NCBI GenBank assembly: GCA_964016885.1
Contig: OZ024742.1
Span: 31,744,001-31,808,000, forward strand
Direction: 5' to 3'
Source of the DNA: Eledone cirrhosa
Taxonomy: Eukaryota
Length of the DNA stretch: 64,000 nucleotides
Shown here: positions 54,236 through 64,000 of the stretch, one piece after another
Numbering within the stretch: position 1 is the stretch's first letter
Layout of the letters: the number at the start of each line of letters is the position of its first letter
The notes under the pieces: generated by a model
Seen by the model: the letters and a program-made list of their open reading frames with translations, nothing else
What the model was told of the DNA's origin: nothing
Database searches by the model: none
Made by a program: the position numbers and the translations under genes

Positions 54236-56088
54236 GGTGATAAATGTGTCCGGGATGATGCCGGTGTACTTAGTGTCACGAATGACCAGAAAAAGGAGGC
54301 CTGGAAATGTCATTATGAGAGACTGATGAATGTGGAGAACGAATGGGAGAGAGAAAAATTACCCTTGGTAGATCCGACAGAGGGACCAGCTATTGAGATT
54401 GACGAATATAGGGTCCAAGAGGCGACTAGGGAAATGAAGAATGGTAAGGCGGCCGGACCATCGGGAATAGTTGCTGAGATGCTGAAGGCATCAGGGGACG
54501 TAGGCACTAAACTGGTTGCACGCATAATCAATCAGGCTATATATGGTGGTGTCATACCCAAAGACTGGTGCAGCAGTATTCTCATAAATTGCTACAAAGG
54601 TAAAGGGGATGCTTTGGAGAGGAGCAATTATAGGGGTATAAAACTGATAGATCAGGTTATGAAAGTGGCAGAAAGGATTTTAGCACAACTAATTAGAGAA
54701 AGGGTCAAACTAGATGAGATGCAGTTTGGTTTTGTGCCTGGGAAGAGTACAACAGATGCCCTCTTCTTGGTGAGACAAATGCAAGAGAGGTTCTTAGAGA
54801 AGAATAAGCCACTATACTTAGCCTTTGTTGACCTAGAGAAGGCCTTTGATAGGGTACCCCGATCTGTCATCTGGTGGTCCCTAAGGAAGCTGGGTGTTGA
54901 GGAATGGCTTGTAAGGACAGTGCAAACTTTGTACAGAGGTACTCTCAGTAAAGTCAGGGTAGGAATGGAGTTTAGTGAGGAATTCCAGATACAAGTAGGA
55001 GTACATCAGGGTTCGGTCCTCAGCCCGCTCTTGTTCATTATAGTCCTCCAAGCCATAACAGAGGAGTTTAAGACTGGCTGTCCATGGGAACTTCTCTATG
55101 CTGACGATCTGGCTCTTATGGCAGAATCAGTAGAGGAGCTAGAGAATAAATTCCGGCTATGGAAACAGCAGTTGGAAGCAAGAGGACTGAGAGTAAATCT
55201 AGCTAAGACAAAAGTGTTGATGAGTAGAAAAGAGGACAAAACCCTGATTCCGTCAGGGAAATGGCCATGTTCGATATGCAGAAAAGGAACTGGCATAAAT
55301 TCTATAAAATGCACACAATGTAGGTCCTGGGTACACAAGAGATGTAGCGGGATAGCAGGCAAACTAACAGGTAGGGAGAAATATGTATGCAGTAGATGTA
55401 CAGGGAAATTAGACAGTAGAAGTCGCACTGATAGACACATTTTTCAAATGCGAGAGGGCGCTATAGAAGTGGTGGATAGCTTCCGGTACCTAGGAGATCA
55501 GATTAGCATGGGAGGAGGGTGTTCCGAGGCCATAGTATCTAGAATAAGGACGGGTTGGAAGAAGTTTAGGGAGCTGCTTCCTCTGTTGACGAAGAAGGGT
55601 TTCTCCCTGCGTACGAAAGGCCGGTTGTATGATGCCTGTGTGAGGAGCGCGATGCTGCATGGTAGTGAGACATGGGCAGCTACCGCAGAAGATATGCGAC
55701 GGCTGGAGAGAAATGAGGCAAGCATGCTCCGTTGGATGTGCAGTGTAAATGTGCAGTGTAAATGTGCGTGAACGACCCAGCATAAATGTGTTGAGAGAGA
55801 AACTGTGTCTGAGAGGGATAGAATGTAGTGTACGGGAGAGGAGACTGAGGTGGTATGGACATGTGATGCGCATGGAGGATGACCGATGGGTGAAGAAGTG
55901 CCAGAAAATGCCAGTTGAAGGAAGACGTGGTAGAGGTAGACCACGAAAAACATGGGCGGAGGTGGTGAGAACAGACCTCAGATCATTGAAGCTCACGGTG
56001 GAGATGACGAGGGACCGTGACGAGTGGAGAGATGCTGTGCTGAATAAGACCCGTCCCACCCTTGCAAGCAGGGAAGAGCGGACGTAAA

Positions 56089-56150
<62 letters not shown>
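54236..56150 (+). mobile_element. 5'-truncated RTE-clade LINE (family A): reverse transcriptase with inserted PHD-like finger, one frameshift, (GAT)n tail
   Basis: Open frame from 54236 with KAAGPSG, NYRGIKL, QFGF, FVDLEKAFD, GVHQGSVLSPLLF, YADD (55097), NLAKTK and FRYLG. A 13-bp duplication at 55736-55761 shifts to RRLRWYGHVMRM...GRGRPRKTW...TAA (56087). Flanked by (TA)n; no endonuclease domain. Confidence 0.95.
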
Positions 56151-56172
<22 letters not shown>

Positions 56173-56180
<8 letters not shown>

Positions 56181-56453
56181 TAAAATAATAGATTAAAGTT
56201 TAAGCAAAGAATTGCTGTTTTCACCCTTAATGGGATCTTCTGAAACTAAAAAAAATCAATCTGTGGATGCAGAAGTAAATATTTAAAAAAACATTGCAAC
56301 TGAAGGAAAACAGGAAGACGATACTTTGGTTTTGAAATATTTACTTCTGCGTCCATAGATTGATTTTTTTTTTAGTTTCAGAAGATTCTGTTAAGAGTGA
56401 AAGCAGCAATTCTTTGCTTAAACTTTCATCTGTTATTTTATTTTAATAAATAT
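56173..56453. repeat. Long inverted repeat (arms about 115-120 bp, loop about 40 nt) abutting (TA)n, with ~85-bp unique tail
   Basis: AAAGTTTAAGCAAAGAATTGCTG...CAGAAGTAAATATTT versus AAATATTTACTTCTG...CAGCAATTCTTTGCTTAAACTTT. Confidence 0.92.
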
Positions 56454-56557
56454 TTGCTCTATGGTTTTTATATATTTGATATATGTATTATCCTTATCGA
56501 GCCCTCTTCGGATTTTAGTCTTCACATTTATTATTATTACTATATATATATATATGT

Positions 56558-56702
56558 AGGTGCCACGGCAAAAAAGCACCCAGCACTCACTGTAAATGAG
56601 GTTGGTGTTAGGAAGGGCATCCAGCTGTAGAAATCAAGCCAGAATCAGTTCCCGTCCCACCCTTGCAAACAGAGAAAAAGCGGACGTAAAATGAAATGAT
56701 GA
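56558..56702 (+). mobile_element. SINE family 2, 3' part
   Basis: GTTAGGAAGGGCATCCAGCTGTAGAAATCAAGCCAGAATCAGTTCCCGTCCCACCCTTGCAA...GGACGTAAAATG; similar pieces at 32985-33110(+) and 60314-60435(-). Confidence 0.8.
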
Positions 56703-57392
56703 TATATACATATACAAGTGGAAGCTTAGTAAAATCGAAGCTTTGGTTGTGGCCAATCAAAGTCGACCTACAATAAGGAATGAGTAGCAAAGCACTCAAT
56801 AAGTGTAGGTCCTTAGAGTAATAACATACGTTTAGATAGCTTGACAAACTGAAAATTGCGGTAGGCAAAACCCAACCATACAATACCAAAGTAACGAAAG
56901 AACTAATCATATATATATATGAGTTGGGTCTTGACTCTTTATAATATAGCCATACTCTTCAGGTAAAAACAAATAAATAAATAAGTGTTGATGTTCTCTC
57001 TCTTTCACTCACTGCCTCCATCACTCTCGCTCTCCCCATCTCTCTCTATTATAATCAAATGTGGGGGGGGGGGGCACATGCTATGTTATAGTGGTGTAAT
57101 GGTAGTGTTTTTTGGTGTGATATTGGTGTTGTTGCTGTTATTTAGCCCAAGGTCAGCTTTAATGGAGAATATCTATAATTAAAACCATTCAAGCTGTGAC
57201 CATCCTGTCTCTATGAACATAGGACTGTAGTTTTGAGGGAGATTTGGCTGCTGTTTCTAGCGACTTATGTAATGGTATGTTGATAGTGTGGCTCCTGTTG
57301 TTGGTAGTGGCTTTGGTGGTGGTGATAGCTGAGGGCAGAGTGAGGTAGTGGTGATAGTAGTAACATTTTGAAGTAGAATGAAGTAGTGGTGA

Positions 57393-57426
<34 letters not shown>

Positions 57427-57908
57427 GGTGGTAACATCTGAGGGCAGGGTGTGGTAGTGGTGGTGGTGATAGGATAACATCTGAAGAGAGGTGTTGTGGT
57501 AGTGGTAACATCTGAAGAGGGGTGAGCTGGGGTAGGAGATTAGAGAAGTAGTAGTAGGATGAGGATGAGTAATGGGAGGAGGTGAAAGAGAGAGAACATA
57601 GATTGTGGGTGTGTACACGTGTGCGTGTTAGTCTTTTTGTGTGAGTGTGTGTGTCTCTAATCATTGACTCTCAGCTGTCACAAAGTTATATGGACACACA
57701 CACACACACATACTCCCACCCTGCACGTACACATATGTATATGTCACACATATATGATATGTGTATATGTATGTCTATATGTATATTTGTGTGTATGTGT
57801 GTGTATATATATACATATATGTATGTATGTATACACCCACACACATGTACTGATATATATCAATCATTGTTCATCATCATCATTGTTTTAAGTCTAGTTA
57901 GGGTTATA

Positions 57909-57963
<55 letters not shown>

Positions 57964-58093
57964 ATGTAGTCGAGAATCAGCATGCAGGAATTTTAACGAA
58001 AAAACAATTTAACTTAATAACAAGTGTTTTGATAATCCAAAACAGAGAAAGCAGGCTTTGCTAACATCAATTTTTGTACATGTTATAAAGATT

Positions 58094-58135
<42 letters not shown>

Positions 58136-58214
58136 CAGGTGCACTTTTCAAACCCTTTTTTTTTTATCATTTTACTTTATAGAATGTTTTCTAACATCCA
58201 CACTTTTTTCACTA

Positions 58215-58245
<31 letters not shown>

Positions 58246-58337
58246 GTGTGTGTGGAACCACTTTTTTTTTTCAAATGTTATATTGAAAACACAACTTTGA
58301 TCAAGTTCAGTTAGTTTTATTAAGGATTTTTGTTTAG

Positions 58338-58810
58338 TTGAAAAGCCACTCCAACTCGTGGGGTTTACACCTGCGGCTGGCCAGCTCAGCGCCTATGGTG
58401 GTGAGTAGGGAGGTAGCCCTAGGGCCGAGGACACCAGAAGTCTCCACTGCCAAGGGTACGACCACAAACCTGTTGGAGAGCGACCGGTATTTGATGAGTT
58501 TGGCCTCCTCGGCTCGACGTGCAACAGAACCTGGGTTAGTCGCAGACTGCACCAGGTTGTAGCTGCAGAAAATGTCGGTGCAAGTAGCATCCCAGACGAG
58601 AGGTTTGCCACCGCGGAACGGGAAGATGGCCATGCCATCTGGCCTTTTGCCGCCTCTCGGTCCAGCCCCACCGGCTCGAGCTGGGAAGGGAAGCCTGCAG
58701 CGTCCAAGCCACGCTTTATGACCTCGTTGAGGGCGGGCAGCATGGCGTGGAAGGCAGCCGGCACTGTGGCGACATTAAAGCGGGTGGAGGCCGAAAGAGT
58801 CCACGGTGGA
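58338..58810 (-). mobile_element. CRE-like non-LTR retrotransposon fragment (zinc knuckle plus REL endonuclease), disrupted
   Basis: DSFGLHPL*CRHSAGCLPRHAA / LNEVIKRGLDAAGFPSQLEPVGLDR / RPDGMAIFPFRGGKPLVWDATCTD...AEEAKLIKY...PLAVETSGVLG. Contains a stop and frameshifts; GC-rich island. Confidence 0.8.
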
Positions 58811-59084
58811 TTACAGTGGTTGTAATGGATTGTGGGAGTGGTAGGAGGAGATGATAGACTCCTGATTTTAGATGTCTCTTAGGTTGAAACAGTGGAGTTA
58901 TATATATTATTATAATCTGAGCTTGTGAAGGTCTCAAAACATCAAAACATAAACACAAACATGGAGTTAGAAACGCTATTGTTTCAAATTAAACATGAAG
59001 AACTAAGAAGGAAATACGAAAAACCTTTAATAAAAATGAACAAACTGGAGCATAATTATGTTTTCAATATGGTATGGTGTAGTC

Positions 59085-59435
59085 CCCGAATGACCAATGA
59101 GGTTTACTTTTCAACATAGTGTCTACAAAGAAACAGTGCGGTTATTAACCCTTTAGCATTTAAACATTTCTCTCACCTTTTTCTGTTCAAACCGGCCACT
59201 CATATTGATGTTAACGTATTGTTCTCAAAATAAATATCAAAATCTCGTAGATTCGATATTATGTGAGATAATTATGTGAAATAAAGTGTTTACCATGAAA
59301 ATATAATAGTAAATATAGAGTAATGTAAATGCTAAAGGGTTAATAAGAAGAGTTGAAGTTAATGCATGCAAGATTTTACAGCTCTAGAATCACTCCTTCA
59401 TAGTCAAATGATGAACTTTTCAGCTGATCCTTGTA
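59085..59435. mobile_element. Mariner-like relic (copy 2), host to a piggyBac MITE
   Basis: Homologous to 28530-28665 on both sides of the insertion; ends ...GAACTTTTCAGCTGATCCTTGTA. Confidence 0.55.
59145..59343. mobile_element. piggyBac-type MITE
   Basis: TTAA|CCCTTTAGCATTTA ... TAAATGCTAAAGGG|TTAA, perfect 14-bp TIR. Confidence 0.9.
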
Positions 59436-59773
59436 TGTGTGTGTGAGATGTGGAAGTGCCATCTCTCCACTTTACTGTGTGTAAACCAGAGCGAGACTAT
59501 TAAGATGTGTTGTTGTTGCTGTTATCTACATTGCCCCACCTCCAACCCCAACCCTTATCTGTCCAGATTGTGTTGACCTATGTTAGATAGGTTTATGATG
59601 CAGACACAAACATACACATATACTTTTATATATACACACACACACACGTATATATATCAAGACACCTACAAACATGCCTCTATATATATGTGTTTGTGTG
59701 AGTATACACACACACACATATATACATAGAGTGAGAGAGAGAGGTGTCTGTGTATTTATATATTGGTCTATAT

Positions 59774-60245
59774 CAGCGATTCCCAACCTTTTATAATAAA
59801 TTCCACCTTAATGATATAGCAAAACAGTATGGCCCCCAAAAAAATATTAAAATTTTTTATATAATTTTTTTATGTAGAAATAATTTCAGCATGTCTTTTT
59901 ATTTCAATCAAATCATTTTAAACTTTACTAAAATTTACTAAAATAAATAATATATATTCTGTTATAAAAATAAGTTTCTTTACTAAGTTTATTTACTAAA
60001 ACATAAATTGTTATATCCAGATTTAAATAATTATCAAGTGAAGTAAAATCATAATTAGAAAAGGTAGAAAGTTGATAAAAAGTTGAATATAAAAATTTGA
60101 AGCAAGAAAAAGAAAAAATTATGTTAGGAAACTACTCTTCTTTTTTATGTATGAAATTTTGTGATTTTTAGTTAATTCCCGTGGCTCCCACAATAACTAG
60201 CTATGGCCCATTGGTGGGCCATGGCCCCCTGGTTCGGAACCAATG
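59774..60245. mobile_element. hAT-family MITE
   Basis: Imperfect TIRs CAGCGATTCCCAACC / GGTTCGGAACCAATG; perfect 8-bp TSD GTCTATAT at 59766-59773 and 60246-60253. Confidence 0.85.
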
Positions 60246-60432
60246 GTCTATATGGATCCTTCTAGTCCTTGCTAGCAGGGAAAGCAGATTATATATATAT
60301 ATATATATATATATCATCATCATCATCACGTCCGCTTTTCCCTGCTTGTAAGGGTGGGACGGGAACTGATTCTGGCTTGATTTCTACAGCTAGATGCCCT
60401 TCCTAACACCAACCTCATTTACAGTGAGTGCT

Positions 60433-60490
<58 letters not shown>

Positions 60491-60969
60491 AAGAGGGTGT
60501 CTGTGTATATATTTTTTTTTTTTTCACACACACACATATGCAAACATATATATAGCTGGGAAAATGGTCATTAACTGATTATGATGATATATACATACAC
60601 ATTTTTAGACACACACACTCACACACTCACAAACATACATATGCACACACACACATAAGAATACATACACACATGCATAAACACACACTCACACACAAGC
60701 ATACATACATACACACACCTGGTCACATGTGTGTTTATTTCTCTATCTATATGGGTGTGTTAGTAAACAGGAGTGAGAGTATGTATGGTGGAGTATGTAG
60801 TTGTGCTGTTGTTTAACACTTTCCTGACCATACTTCAAACGAGATACACTATTCTTGTTTGCTGACTTATTCCTGAGAGGGTCATGCATGGGACAGAGCC
60901 CTCAAACACTCCTTCCAGTGGGTCATGTCAGAAGATTCATTCTTTTTTTAATTTATTAGATACTTCATG

Positions 60970-61090
60970 GTCTGAGTTCAAATCCTGCCGAGGTTAACTT
61001 TGCCTTTCATCCTTACAGGGTTGATAAAATAAAGTACCAGTAATGTACTGGGTAATTGCTGGCCTTGTGCCAAAAGTAGAAACAATTATT
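60970..61090 (+). mobile_element. SINE family 1, 5'-truncated
   Basis: B-box, Nin-like core and tail. Confidence 0.75.
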
Positions 61091-61150
61091 TATTAAAATA
61101 GAGTGTATCTTGAAGATTTTATTAAAATTAACAATTATTTTGTCAGTTTT

Positions 61151-61806
61151 ATCATCATCATCATTTAATGTCCATTTTTCCATGCTAGCATGGGTTAGAC
61201 GGGTTGTCCCGTTTGAAGCAAGTTGGGTCAGGTGACCATGTCTTGCTTACACGGAATTGTTTCTGGCTTGGTTTCAATGGTTGGATGCCTTTCCTAATGC
61301 CTACCACATTTACAGTGTGTGCTGGGTGCTTTTTGTCATGACCCCTACATGACCACTTTACAATGTGGGCTGGCTGCTTTTTGTCATGACCCCTACATGA
61401 CCACTTTACAATGTGGGCTGGCTGCTTTTTGTCATGACCCCTACATGACCACTTTACAATGTGGGCTGGCTGATTTTTGTCATGACCCCTACATGACCAC
61501 TTTACAATGTGGGCTGGCTGCTTTTTGTCATGACCCCCTACACGACCACTTTACAATGTGGGCTGGCTGCTTTTTGTCGTGACACCCACGTGACCACTTT
61601 ACAATGTGGGCTGGCTGCTTTTTGTCGAGACACCCACACGACCACTTTACAATGTGGGCTGGCTGCTTTTTGTCGTGACACCCACACGACCACTTTACAG
61701 TGTGGGCTGGCTGCTTTTTGTCGTGACACCCACACGACCACTTTACAGTGTGGGCTGGCTGCTTTTTGTCGTGACACCCACACGACCACTTTACAGTGTG
61801 GGCTGG
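61151..61806 (-). mobile_element. RTE-UTR/SINE-like element with an internal 48-bp unit amplified about 10 times (61320-61806)
   Basis: (ATC)n tail and GGATGCC.TTCCTAA motif, then repeated GCTTTTTGTC(A/G)TGAC.CC.ACA.GACCACTTTACA.TGTGGGCTGGCT. Confidence 0.85.
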
Positions 61807-62015
61807 AGGCTTCCCTGGATGTATGCTACAGCCTGTCCTCATGAGAGATGTATAGGAGGGTGATAATATTCGATTTGTTTGCAACCAAACAGCCTCATTA
61901 TACAATGAATTGAATATTATTATTTGATATAAAACTCTCAAATACATTTATGTATCTGCTATGTTGGAGCAAAAACCAAATTCTAACAATTATTTCATTA
62001 CTCTCTCTCCTCTTT

Positions 62016-62336
62016 TTACGTCCACTTTTCCATGCTTGCAAGGGTTGGACGGGAACTGATTCTGGCTTGATTTCTACAGCTGGATGCCCTTCCTAACACC
62101 AACCTCATTTACAGTGAGTGCTGGGTGCTTTTTTGCCGTGGCACCTCCACGACCACTTTGCAGTGGAATGATAGGGACCCCAGTCCCTATCTTCTCATTT
62201 CTACAGCTGAGTAAACTGGAGCAATGTGAAATAAAGTGCCTTGCTCAAGGAAACAACACATCACCCGGTCTGAGAATTGAACTCACAACCTTTCGATTGC
62301 AAGGCCAATGCTCTAACCACTAAACCATGTGCCTCC
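62016..62336 (-). mobile_element. SINE family 2, full length
   Basis: Minus strand GGAGGCACATGGTTTAGTGGTTAGAGC...GAGTTCAATTC...CCTTGAGCAAGGCACTT...CCCTTGCAAGCATGGAAAAGTGGACGTAAAA. Confidence 0.85.
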
Positions 62337-63541
62337 TACTAAGTTAATAAATGAGTACAAAACTCTACTGGGTGTTATTTGTAAAACTATCCTCTTTTTA
62401 CTTTCTCTCGGGTCCCAAATAATAGGGTGTGGGGAATAAGTGTTGGGTGGGGGAGTTGGAAAATTGGTAATTTTTCTTGATTGTCTCTTTTGATTAGTTG
62501 TTTTGTTTACATATTGAGACCCCAAATCATTCTATTTATTTTATGGGATTCCTAGAAATATACTTTTTTGGTCATGTATAATGTTTTTTTAAAGTATAAA
62601 GAAAAATTTCACCAGAGATAGATTAGCAAAATTTAATAAGTGGGGTGGGATGGGGTGTTGGAAAAAATTTGAAAAATTAATAAGCAGGGTGAGGGGTGGA
62701 GTCAATTATTCGAGACCCAAGAGTAAATATTCTGACCAAAATTCAGTGAAAAACATTGGTGTCACTCTCTTCAAATCTCTCAATACAGGTTAAGGGTTTA
62801 AGGGTCAGTCTGTCTCATCGTCTTGGTAGAGGACAGGATGGAGAAGGCATTGACCCCCCCCCAAGGGGAATGAGGGAAACATGGTGGAACAGCCACTATA
62901 TCTCACAGGGGTCTTACTTATGGGCAGCTAACTCAATTCTGATAGCAGTGAGAAAGGATGTGGTCTGAGAGGAGGGTGGCAAGAATGCTGGAAGTCTCCA
63001 CTGTCACTAGCTCCACCATGACACAGGCTCCACCATATAGTTTTTATTTAAAATTATGTCCGAAGATTTTAATTTAAACTGGAATCCTTTAATGTGAGGG
63101 GGGGCGGGGGAGTCATAGAACCAGAGCCTGTTTTGGCTGGGTTAATACTGAATATGTTAATGATCACATTTTCCTGTGTCTGTCTGGTACCTAGCTCATT
63201 ACAGGCCTTAATCTCTCTCCCCCTCATATATATAATAATCATCATCATCGTCTATCTTCCATGCTAGAATGGGTTAGACAGGTTTGTTCCATTTAGAGGC
63301 AAGTTGGGTCGGGTGACCGTGTCTCGCTCATATAAGGGTGTTCCTGGCTCATTTTCTACAGCTGGATGTCCTTCCTAATGCCAACTACATTGACAGATAG
63401 TGTGTGCTGGGTGCTTTTTGCCATGTCTTTTACATGTCCACTTTACAGTGTGGACTGGGTGTTTTGTGGTACCAGCATAATATACATATACCATATATAT
63501 GTAATATACATACACATATCATACATATACATACAAGCATC

Positions 63542-63572
<31 letters not shown>

Positions 63573-64000
63573 AATATATCATCAACCTTGTCGATATATA
63601 TATATATATATACATATATACATTCGGTATACAAGGATGCAATTCACTTGTAGCACTCAACGTCATATTACTTCCTTAAAACAAGGATGAAAAATTCACA
63701 GTATCTATCGTCATTGAAATATGTATAATGGCTCAATTAATAAAGGACCCTAACATCTTCAACTTCTCATTTTCCTCTTTATCATATATATATATATATA
63801 TATAATAATGAAATGATTGTGTACAGTGCTCAGGTGCACTACAACTTGTCAAAGGTGTATGTATAGTACATAGAATAATATACAAATGTCAGGGAAGTGA
63901 ATAGTGTATGAGTCATGATATACATGTGTGTGCGTGTGTATGGAGGGGGGATATCAGGTGTAGTGTTGGCGAATCTCAGGAAGCATGGAGGCCTTAAAGG

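Noticed and set aside
55490-56059. Antisense ORFs over the RTE
   Set aside because: Shadow frames of the RT coding strand.

Overview
Animal (eukaryotic) genomic DNA, not prokaryotic. It is AT-rich and packed with microsatellites, SINEs and non-LTR retrotransposon debris; the repeat complement looks molluscan, probably octopus-like, which is an inference. The only host gene is a + strand death-associated protein kinase (DAPK1-like). Eight GT-AG exons (1256-37478, 946 coding nt) splice in frame to give the kinase domain from the Gly-rich loop onward plus the calmodulin-binding autoregulatory domain. The start exon lies upstream of the window, and no ankyrin exon is recognisable in the remaining 26.5 kb, so everything else is probably intron. 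The introns hold a nearly intact 5'-truncated RTE LINE, older RTE, CRE-like and REL-type LINE fragments, several tRNA-derived SINE families, piggyBac, hAT and mariner relics, and large minisatellites. Most ORF-track entries are microsatellite artefacts. The most interesting observations are: (1) Ala at the position of DAPK1's inhibitory autophosphorylation site Ser308, and AEF in place of the PEF signature; (2) a PHD-type zinc finger inserted inside the reverse transcriptase of two RTE families; (3) recurring fold-back-plus-tail elements in (TA)n, and decayed minimal hammerhead motifs, both suggesting Penelope-like elements; (4) a minisatellite of branch-point/AG decoys next to a real splice acceptor; (5) minisatellites with internal inversions.
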